Shown here: positions 51,028-62,246 of the stretch, in pieces
Numbering within the stretch: position 1 is the first letter of the stretch
Layout: the number at the start of each line of letters is the position of its first letter
Assembly: GCF_031769215.1 (NCBI RefSeq)
Contig: NW_026782282.1
Location: 1,488,001-1,552,000, forward strand
DNA: 64,000 nucleotides
From: Ylistrum balloti
Taxonomy: Eukaryota
Direction of reading: 5' to 3'
Position numbers and translations under genes: made by a program
The notes under the pieces: model-generated
What the model saw: only the letters and a program-made list of their open reading frames with translations
What the model was told of the DNA's origin: nothing
Database searches by the model: none

Positions 51028-52591
51028 GCCTGCACTTCTGTGATGTTCAAAAATTTAAGCAGTCATATATATACACCAAGTTCCTTTATAAACAAAATCA
51101 TAGCAATAACAACGCCCGAGGTATGCTACTTAACAAGATAAACCATAGATTTTCCGTAATGCATATTTATAATTATTATGTATGTTGAACTAGTTGTACA
51201 CTAATGTATGATAAAATAACAAACACCATAAACGACGTCTATTTGTTTACCAATACGTTAACACGTGTCTGTGCATACCTTGATTTGACCTCTTCTGTAC
51301 ACACCCTTCACCAATCTGTCCGAGAAAAGACTGTCCGCTTAAAAACATCTCAGGTAGATAAACAAGTCAGATGTCTGTTAACAAATCAGAATCGCCACAC
51401 GACTTCGCCCGAAAATCACTGTTGGGTATAGTAACAGTGTATAACTTATCAAGCTGCGTGTTCGCTAGATAATCATTAATTTCACAACAATTGCAAAACA
51501 ATTTTTTCCAACTTAAATGAATCCCCCTTTGAGGGCTCGGGTGAAAGCTCGCGACAATCTTACTGAGGGAGGAAATTGAGTATCCACGTGGTCGGCCAGG
51601 AGACGCATGTCCATTATGGAATCGAATACCGGGTGTCCAGGAGCAAGGCGACTGTGTGACCACTTCACCAACCGACCACCTTAAGGTTTTGATATTATTT
51701 CTTCTTAAAACCTTGATTAAGATAAATCATATTGTCCATCGTGGTAGTGTGATCATAACATATCAGTACTGTACACAGATATCTTTAGGCGGGATACCAA
51801 GGATTATACATTGTTATTATCGTCTTCTAGGACACAAAAGTCTCCCCAATTATTTCACAATATGATTTCCACTGATTATTCCTCCGTTCTGTGTTGTATG
51901 TGGCCCAGAAGTAGTTTCATTTTACCAGCGACAGCGAAGATGTTATTGTTGAATAGCCAGCATACCAATGTTCTTTGATTGAAAGTAGTTCATTTGTTAT
52001 ACTGTTAACATCTCGTATCCTATAGATTGCCTCAATGATGTTTTTATTGCTAACAGTTATCCACGAGTTATATTTCCAAAACTGTTGAAATAAGTATTTA
52101 TATTTATCCACGAAATCAGGTGTAAGTTTTTTTTCAATATCACGAAAATTAAGCCCCGAAAAAATACTCGATTTTACACTATAGCTTGTTCAATTCAGAG
52201 AGGCATCGCCCAAGCAATGTACTGATAATTGAATGATATTGGTCTAGTAGTGTAAATGTTATGTTATAAATGGTTAAAATTATAGAATTTATATAACAGT
52301 GTATTATTTTCTTAATGTATTATGTTTAATCAATCCAAGGAGAAAGATGCTGAATAATGTGCCAAAGGATTTAGCGATCTAAAGTACGAAAACGATATGG
52401 GAAAATTATGGAAAATAACCTAGTTGACTCTAGTTTCTTCTTGTTTATAAAAAATATGTTCTTTACACTAAACAAACGGTTAAAAAGTAGAAAAGCATAC
52501 ATGAATAATCCCGGACGTCGTAATTTATTCTATAGTGAGTACATCATGGTATGATTAATGTAGGTGACATAAAACGATGGCTTTATGTTGT

Positions 52592-54431
52592 TCACTTCAT
52601 TTTGGCCTCTCCCTGTCGCCGTATCGCCCAGGTAAATTCGTATGTTTTCATGGCGTCTTCGTAAGAACTTTTGATTAGGGATTGCTTCTTTTGACGAACA
52701 GCTATAATGAATGTATCCAGTTCTCTGAGGTACATGTCGTTCTCGAAAACCAAGTCTTGGTCCTGGTTGGGATTTCCGCCCTCTAGACTCCGGACCCTCA
52801 GGATACTGGAACTTCCGTACGGGTCTATCAAGGAGAGTTGGAGACCGTCCAACTGAACATCAAAAGTTACATGGTAACGACTTCCAGGTAGCGTAAGAGA
52901 ATGCATCAAAGTACCGAGACCACCGTCCTGGAATCTCCAGTGACTAAGTGTAACTCTGGGGATCCGTTTACAAGAGGGGATGTCTTCTTCTGCTTGGTTA
53001 GAGAGATGATTCAGCTTACCGGCCTCGCCCTCGTCTGAATCGTTTAGCAAGAGCGTATCTAGTGTCGACATGTCGACTTCCCCACAAATGTACCGAGCTA
53101 GGTCACAGAAGTGGGTAGCCTGTTCTACAATTGGTCCACCGCTGATATCGGAGTTGAACCAGTATTTGTTAATACCTTCGGTGTAGGCAAAGTAATAGCG
53201 GGCATTGAATGCCATCACTTTTCCGCCGTGTTGAGCAATCAATTCCTTCATTTTTAGGATGGCTGCATGGTACCTGCGAAAATATCCATCGAAATTGAAT
53301 AACATTTATATCTCATTAGCCTCAGATGGGGTCTTATCATTTTAACATAACAAAGCAGGTATGAACTAAACGACGTTTAAATGAAATAAATTACTAAATA
53401 GAGGTTGATTCGTGAATGATGATGATGAGGAGGAGGAGGAGGAAAAGGAGGAGGACGTGATGAGGATGGTTATGGTTGTTGATGTGTTGATGATGAATTT
53501 TTATTTGATATTTTTACACATTTCATGATTACATAAGCGTGTTCTAATCCTTGCTGCAACGTATTTAGAGAGAATAAGAGAATAACCTTCTATATGTATG
53601 CAACTGGGAGGCTAAATTCATGCCACTTAGGAAGCTTTAAAGTATCGCAACAATAAGAAGGTGTTTGTTGTGGGTAATGAGATAGTGAGAGATATAATAG
53701 CGTTTAACGCCCAGTCAGCATTGGGGATTTCAGAAGAATGCTATTCTAAAAAGATAATCTTGGAAATGCGTGAATGTACAATTCTTTTCTGTATTCAGAA
53801 ATTCATTTCAGAAGAAGTGCTTGGAATAGTGATTCTTCATCGCCCTAAGGGTTTTGCCTATGGACACTGTGATACTGGAAAGGATGACAAAATTATTTCT
53901 CATATGTCATATATGAGATATAAACTATACATGATATACAACCAATGATCAAGAAAAGTGTCCCTACCGAAACTTATAGCCAACTGACAGCACGATGTTG
54001 TTGACCCGACACGCCTCCGTTACTGCGCATGCGTAGGTCGAGAACTCTTCTGGTGGCAAAACCGACAGAGGTTTTTCTACAAAAGCATGTATCCCAGCTC
54101 GAGTGAACTCAAGTTCTATATTCTTTCCCCCCAAAGGGGATCCTCTATAACCCGGGGGACTGCCGATGAAGACAACATCCGGGTTCATTGCAAGTAACTC
54201 CTCGTAGTTTGCAAGGAGACGGCAGTTTGTGTACATGTGTCCGTAGTCCGGAGAGGCCAGTCGGTCCTTAAGTACCTCGTCACTCCGACGGGTGTCAGGG
54301 TCAACAATTCCAATTACCTCAAGTCCGCCAATCTTCTCCAGGCGCGACGCATGATCCCAGGGTACTTCCGGTCTACCAAAGTGAATCGCCCCAGCCCCAA
54401 TGAATCCAATCTTGAGTTTGGCTTGATTCAT
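52592..54431 (-). CDS. Gfo/Idh/MocA-family oxidoreductase, copy C (381 aa); join(53968..54431, 52592..53273)
   Basis: Same motifs (GYKFR variant). Donor CG|GTAGGG at 53968/53967, acceptor tttcgcAG|G at 53274/53273. Start MNQAK at 54431 chosen by alignment with copies B and D. Stop TGA. Confidence 0.9.
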
Positions 54432-55599
54432 AACTGCACTTTTGTACTGTTCGGGATTAGAATAAAAATCAATTGGGATTATGATAATAACATGGTTCAG
54501 TGACGAATACCTTTTCAAGAGGATCATCAATGAAGCTTGATATTGTCCACAAATGTTGAGATATACTGCAAAGTATCTTATTTTTACCGAAGTTAAATCA
54601 AAGCCCGGACTAGGGTTCCCTATATTAATGATGTATCTTACTCTAAATTATGAAAAGATGCTATTCATTTGTGTGTGTTTTGTACAATCTTTTTTTAATA
54701 AAATTGTACAGTAACTATTTTATCGACTTTTCTTCGACTCCGGAAACAATAAAAAATTAGAATGCTTTTACAGGATCTCTTTAGCGTTAGAAGTATAAGT
54801 GAATGAGAAATCTAAATTTTATCTATCAGGCTATTACACCGCAACATGACAGTGTATTGGGATGTCGTATTAAGGACTATATAGCAAAGCCTATCCTGTT
54901 GTGACAAAATACCAGCGCGTCGTCTCATTTAAAATAAAACCATATTTCGCATGGTTAGCACATGCTATGTAAGAGTATAACAAATTGTTTCTGGTTTTTC
55001 TAGAAGTTTTCCCATATTTGGACTCGCAATCTTCGTTGTATCATTATCTGTCTGTCTACAATCTATATTTGTACATTAATGTGCTATTCGCATGTTTGCC
55101 TTTCGCACAAACTTAACAAAACAAATATTAAGATTGTCATTGCTAATAGAATGTCAGCTGGAGATATCGCCCTTCCAGTGTGAGATACAAATTTCTTCTC
55201 AAAGAACAATTAATACTTCTAAAATCCACATAACGAATGTGATAACGGCATTATTTGATGTAGTTGAAGGTAGCCTCGAGTAATCTGGTAGACCAAACAG
55301 TGGATTTACATATATGAGGAAAATCCGAGAAAAAGCGTTTGGATACCTCACTAGATATGAATTTGAGTTTCATTTAAATAAATGATTTAGCTGCTATGCT
55401 GTATTTGTATTGATTTAACTACCAGCGTATAATTTAATTTTCAAAACAAAGAGCTGCGATATTATGAAGTACATGATAGAAAACATCTCACTTTATTTAC
55501 TGCAGTATTTGTCATTGCATTTTATTGTAACATGCTAGAGTTTGTTCCTGTTAGTTGTGAAGCAGGGGAAATAGATTGCTTAAAGGAGTGCTCTGCATC

Positions 55600-55960
55600 T
55601 CAACCTTATAGTGTTTACATGTCGCTAGTGAATCGATTTTCATTGGCTTGTTCCCGATATCACGATTTCCATACGAGATGTCAGCAACTGATAAACAATT
55701 TCACGACACAGGGTTTCGAGAGATGCAGGCTGATGAAGATACCGTGGAAGTATAAAAGTCGTTATTATGATCTCGAACGTGTTTGATGCTCATTAATTGC
55801 TTGTTGGTCCAATTTTTACCTCGTTCTTATTTGGGAAGGTGACATCACCAAGGTTTACATGGCGAAATCAGTCGATGAAACATAAGATTTTCACTCTTCC
55901 GGACCTCCTAGAATTTCCATGCAACTCTTTTTGACCAAATTTAATGAAATTTTAGTACGA
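55600..55960 (+). mobile_element. Decayed C-terminal RT (thumb-region) fragment of a Penelope-like element, followed by its 3'-end repeat
   Basis: QPYSVYMSLVNRFSLACSRYHDFHTRCQQLINNFTTQGFERCRL resembles the PAYGVYISQLIRYSRACS.Y.DF..R...L..KL..QG motif recalled from invertebrate PLE-type RTs. Directly followed by gtgacatcaccaaggtttacatggcg...gtcgatgaa, the window's dispersed repeat. Confidence 0.7.
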
Positions 55961-57820
55961 GTTAAGGTGTTGCTGACATGTTGGTATTTTCTTTGTTGTT
56001 TATTGCAGTGTTGTTGTCAAAAGGACATATTACGAGCATATATAGCTTGCCTAAGAAATTATGCAACATGTTGTGTTTTCAACGCCTACCTAGTCTAAGG
56101 TTAAAACAAACAAGATACGTGAATCTGTGCATATGTCAGCTGAGAAGCGCCCTTAAAGCTTTAACGACATCTGCGTGGTTCTGAGACAGGTTTCATAGAC
56201 TGTAATTAGTTTGAAGACAGAACCCGCAGATACATTGAGCTATATTTTCATTCTTTTTAGTGGTGGAACATAGGTCCCTATAGGAATTTGAATGAAAGAA
56301 GTACTTCCGAACTTTGTCGCACTTTGCATGTCTGTGCATTTAATGGAGTCCATTTTACTACCGATTTAGGTTTGGAGAAGCTTAAAGCTGAGTTGATCGG
56401 TATATATATATATATGTTGCGACAGATCCATTTATCACATGTAGACAGTTCATTCTTTTGATATGCCCCTACGTGATAATGAAATGTAATTTTATAGGAA
56501 TGATAATAAAATTACTTAATAACAAGGTACTTGGTGTATTTTCTTGGGTGTAAGGCAAGTGCAAGCTTCTCTAAGTATTGTTGTTATGGCATTACACTAC
56601 TGTTGCATATTACAAGTAGATATCTATTACCACACAATGTGGTAAAATATCAGCTATTCAAATAATAATTCAAAGATAAATAACCCTTTCTTTGCCAACG
56701 TAGTATTTCTTCCTATAAAACAGTTTCCTTTTATCTACTATCTACTTTGACCTCTATCAGTTTCGTCATATCATATTTCTTTATATTCTCATTCAAGAAT
56801 TTTCATAACATTTTTTCTTCGCTATCAATTAAAGTCAAGAATTTCTGACCACTTAAACACATCATATATGTATCAACAATTAAACAGACCAGGATTTAAT
56901 TGTTTTTTAATTTTAAAAATGTCATTAAAGGTTTGACTTACTATAAATTGAAATACAAACAGCGTTTTAAGATCCCATGGTTAAACAAATCGCATATTGC
57001 AAAATGAAATTATAACAAAATCAAAATCTAACGACCTTTTAACTTAAACAGTTATTCACGTATATGGCTCAAACAAATTAGAACACTGTAAGAATGTAAT
57101 GACTGTTTAACTGGGGAAACTATCACAAATGCCTAACACGAATATGATGAAATATACTCTGAAAATTTATACGATTTCTACAAACTACAAAAAAAACTGT
57201 TCTCAATGTAAACTTATACAATGCTCACCTGTTGACTTGACCAAACTAGAGCCACAATTGTGTTTACTTTTGTCCACAGATAAACCGTCTGGAGTTCTTA
57301 TCGCAGATCAAGGACAAAAGGGAAGAGCTAGGCGCTTTAGTGTTGACAAAAAATTGACAACTCGTCCCTCAGCGGACAAGAAAGATTTTAGAATATTCTG
57401 TTGTTTTACGACCTGGATTCGTTATGATATATCTTACTGATATTGGTCAATATCGCAACTGCAACATATCAATAATCAAATTCAATATGCAGAACTTCAC
57501 ACGGTAAATGATTACCCGTTTAACTAATATCCGTGTAACTCGAATTTTTTCATGTTCCCGTCGACTTCTAGTTAAAGAAGTTTGACTATAATTTCTATAT
57601 GCAATAACAAATACAAATGTTTATGTTTAAGATCTGAAATCAGGTATTTCTTTCTCGTTATTAAAAGAATTATGACCATGAAAGGGTGTAATCCATATAT
57701 GTATTAAGATTTTAAGATATGATCTTGTTTCTCCGAACATGTAAGATATACACAAGTTTTGATTCTAAAGGATTCAACGTGTATTAGCTGATATTTAAAA
57801 AAAGCTGTAGATCGAAGGCG

Positions 57821-59212
57821 CTATATCTTGACTTCGCCTTGTCGCCGTATCGCCCAGGTCAATTCGTATGTTTTCATGGCGTCTTCATACGAACTCTTGA
57901 TTAGGGATTGATTCCTCTGACGAACAGCTTTGATAAATGTTTCCAACTCTCTTAAATACGTGTCGTCGTTTTCGAAAACGAAATCTTGGTCTTGGTTTGG
58001 ATTTCCACCCTTTAAGTTTCGGACTCGGAGTACACTGGTACTCTCATAAGGATCAATGAGCGAGAGCTGGAGACCGTCCAACTGAACGTCAATGGTTGCT
58101 TGGTAACGACTTCCCGGTAACGTGACAGAGTGCATCAAAGTGCCAAGACCACTGTCCTGGAATCTCCAGTGACTGAGTGTGACTCTAGGGATCCTCTTGT
58201 TGGCGGGAATGTCGTCTTCTGCTTTGTCTGCCACGTACATTAGCTTACCAGCATCTCCCTTATCCGTATCATTCAGCATGATAGTGTGCAGTGACGTCAT
58301 ATCTATGTCCCCGACTATGTACCGAGCGAGGTCACAGAAGTGGGTAGCCTGCTCTACGATTGGTCCACCGCTGAATTCGGTGTTGAACCAATATTTGTTG
58401 ACTCCTTCAGTGTAGGCAAAGTAATAGCGGGCATTAAATGCCATCACCTTTCCCCCATGTTGAGCAATTAGTTCCTTCATTTTGAGGACGGCCGCATGGT
58501 ACCTGCAACAAAACTAGAAAATTACATTTTTGGAAAGCAAGGTTGTGATATCAATTTTCAACTTGATTCTGTATTTCCTCTGTTTTAGAACATAACAGAC
58601 TCGCTTTAATCGGCGATATTGCCTTGTCCATATGACATGTTGACTCGTTTCCTCATGAAGTGGAATTGTTAACTTTGTTAAGACTATTTCTTATTTATAC
58701 AGGTACACATTGTACGGTATGATGACTTCAATTATGAATTAATCCTACCTGAACATGTACCCAACAGAGAGGACAATATTGTTGGTCCGACATGCATCCG
58801 CCACTGCGCCTGCGTAAGGAGTAAACTCTTCCGGTGGCACTAGCGAAAGAGGTTTTTCTACAAAAACATGTATTCCAGCGCGGGCAAATTCTAATTCAAG
58901 ATTTTTGCCCTCTTTTGGAGATCCTCTGTAAGCTGGTGGAATTCCTATAAAAACAACATCCGGTTTCATTCCCAATAACTCCCTGTAGTCGGTTAGGAGT
59001 CGGCAATTTGCGTATATGTGTCCGTGGTCAGGAGAGGCCAGACGTTCGTTTAGTACCTCTTCACTCCGACAGGTGTCGGGGTCAACAATTCCAATTACCT
59101 CCAGTCCACCAATCTTCTCCAGGCGCGACGCATGATCCCAGGGTACTTCCGGTCTCCCGAAATGAATCGCTCCGGCTCCAACAAACCCAATCTTGAGAGT
59201 GGCTTGACTCAT
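57821..59212 (-). CDS. Gfo/Idh/MocA-family oxidoreductase, copy D (381 aa); join(58749..59212, 57821..58502)
   Basis: Same motifs. Donor AG|GTAGGA at 58749/58748, acceptor ttgttgcAG|G at 58503/58502. 1146 nt, stop TAG. Confidence 0.92.
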
Positions 59213-62200
59213 AATTTTGCTGTGATGTTCAAAACTAGAACAGAAGAATTTTCAGATTTCAAACATCGCACTTTTTCTGTTGATGCTAGCCAACTTTCAT
59301 AGAATGTCATGATGAACAAATGGTTCTGCAGCAAATTACATTTGCCAACAGCATTTCTATATCAAAAACAGATATTTTTTTACCATCATCACAGTTTCAG
59401 AATTTTATGTCAGCTAATTTATCATCAACAGAACATTATTTAAAGGATGAAATGTTTTTTACTTTCTTAATTTGAAGAGTTTTTTTTTAAATAAATCGAC
59501 ATTTCTAAAAATCGTACATATTCTGCAAACTGACAGTTTGTTATCGAATTTCAATCCTGTTTGGTATAATGTTGAATAAACGTATAATTCGCTGATTAAA
59601 ACGTCCTAACATGTCCAACTTTTGACATATGTATCGACATTTTGATCCTTCAGCAATACCTTCAAAATCAGTTTGTAGAAGAGTTGCCCAATTCAACATA
59701 TAGTTAAGTTTCAGTTACCTTACATTTCATTATTTCGAGAGTGAGAACAGAATGCAACACTTTTGTTGCGCGTGTATGTACGGTGGGGATATTCCACAGC
59801 TAATGCCCCAAAATGTGGTATAAAACACTCGATTCTTGTAAAATGTCTAATTATGTTACCAAAGCTGGTAAATATATATACATCATGTTATTTCTACATA
59901 CAATTCAAAGCTAAATACAGTTTGTCCAACGGATCAACAGTATTCAGAAACACAGACTACAAGGTAATAACTACTGGTTTTTCATTCCTTTAATCTATAT
60001 AGACGAAACTATCCATATACCGGGGCATAGGTATTATTCGAGGTTCTACAACTACAAACGACTGTGTAATATTCCTGTTAATCTTATAGGTGTACCGTTA
60101 TTCAGTTACGTGTTTGCACGGGATTAATGATTTTTTTTTTATTTTCTCCGTTGCAACTGTATTGGTCCTGTTCTAGGAGTTAAGCATGGATGAGTATGAC
60201 AACATACAGATCCAGGATTTCTAATTCCATACTGATAATTTACATTCCATACTAATTATTTACTCAAAAGAGCATTGAAATGGTATGCTTACTAAAGACA
60301 AANNNNNNNNNNNNNNNNNNNNNNNNNNNNNNNNNNNNNNNNNNNNNNNNNNNNNNNNNNNNNNNNNNNNNNNNNNNNNNNNNNNNNNNNNNNNNNNNNN
60401 NNNNNNNNNNNNNNNNNNNNNNNNNNNNNNNNNNNNNNNNNNNNNNNNNNNNNNNNNNNNNNNNNNNNNNNNNNNNNNNNNNNNNNNNNNNNNNNNNNNN
60501 NNNNNNNNNNNNNNNNNNNNNNNNNNNNNNNNNNNNNNNNNNNNNNNNNNNNNNNNNNNNNNNNNNNNNNNNNNNNNNNNNNNNNNNNNNNNNNNNNNNN
60601 NNNNNNNNNNNNNNNNNNNNNNNNNNNNNNNNNNNNNNNNNNNNNNNNNNNNNNNNNNNNNNNNNNNNNNNNNNNNNNNNNNNNNNNNNNNNNNNNNNNN
60701 NNNNNNNNNNNNNNNNNNNNNTATATTTATGATAGAGTTTACTCCACTTCCAAATTAATAGAAATAAATCAATTTAATCTATTTCAGCCTTTTCCTAGGT
60801 TAATGGTTTACCTTGGTACTTTGAAAAGATCGTTTACACCTTGCTGTCAAAAGGTTCTTTCATACGACTTAACAACAAGTATAATGTGACAAGAATGTTT
60901 ACATAGCATTAGAAATAGTGGCAGGGTGCGATGAAATGATTTGTATATGCATTCGACAAGGAAATACGATGACAAAGACATACCAAGATGTACCGGTATT
61001 CATATATAGATTTATCGATAAACTATCAGTAGTATTTACGTAACGCCAGTCTACAAAGTGTATGTGATAAAAAAGATTATGAGTCTTAAAGTAAGTAAAT
61101 TCCGATCTATCCAGAAGCAGTTTTATGTTGCATTTCATACAAAACAACTGATATACATCGTTCAACTATGTATTGTATTATGTGCCATCGTGTTCATTTT
61201 GCGTTGTATGTCCACGCAAAGGCTAACTAGGGTATCTTTGGTTGTTTGCGGTAATTCAGTTTATGTAGCGCAATCATACTGAAATGTCATTAACTTCTGA
61301 CATCTGAATGTGTCGAACATTTTGAGCTCAACATGGAGTGTGAAGTAAAGATTGCAATGACGTAGATATGCCATTGCCTCGTGAGAGGCCACATAACTGT
61401 TAACTGGTTTCCTCATGAAGACAGAGACAACGACACAAAGAAACTGTTGGGACACTGAGGACTGGGTAGGTGTGTGTAGAGGGGAGGATATTGTTTAAGA
61501 AGAATTCAAGAAAAGAGAAAAGGTCCCAGATTTAGTCGCCTCATACGATCATGCAGTGGGAACAGCAGGTACAATTCTTACGCCCTACCTGCAGGGCACA
61601 TGACAATAACTGTTCAGATGCAGGTCTATTCATCTAACGAGAAAAGTGGGTTTTTTCTGTAACAAAAGTATTGTTATAGAGATATGTCGACTTACACTTA
61701 ACAGCATTAAAATTTCTAAAGAATTGAGTTCGACCTCCTATCAATCAGACCTATTTTGTTACTTCTTTAACCCACGCTTGCGCCTACGTATCAGTTAATT
61801 TCTTGCCAATTTTCAGCCCGACCTTAATTCTAGATATTGAAGAGTGGAAAAGCATGAAAACATTGTAAATCCAGTGGAAATAAACATTTCTAAGGACCAC
61901 GAGTGTCAGTTAAACACATTACTACTCTTTTATCAGTGTATAACCGTTGTAATAAAATCCACTACATTTCAATACCTACCCATTGTTTCAATCGTAACAT
62001 TACCAGAGATTGGTATGGATTAGGAAAACCGTCAATTTTCATTTCATATTAGACTCATGGAAGTTTCCGAGAACAGCAGTGTGTATCATTAACACGTGAA
62101 TTATACCATTACCCTGTTATCAGTGCAACACTAGCGTGATAAAACCCCTTACATTTTAATACCTAGTCGAGCTTTGATTAAATAAGCTAGCCATTGTTTC

Positions 62201-62246
62201 GATACTAACGTCACCGAAGGGAGAGATATGGTATCAGAACATCACC

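Noticed and set aside
51250-51665. GC-richer segment with ORFs 51204-51431 and 51367-51663 between copies B and C
   Set aside because: Probably a decayed mobile-element fragment, but no motif could be recognised, so no call is made.
54432-54530. 33-aa N-terminal extension of copy C in the ORF track
   Set aside because: Absent from the other copies and spans a probable splice acceptor.
49243-58415. Conserved plus-strand ORFs antisense to oxidoreductase exons (49243-49479, 58179-58415, 54237-54503)
   Set aside because: Their similarity follows from the duplicated sense-strand coding sequence.
45501-59212. Bacterial or fungal contamination as the source of the oxidoreductase genes
   Set aside because: Each gene has a GT-AG intron of 246-997 bp and is interleaved with the same repeat families found across the rest of the window.
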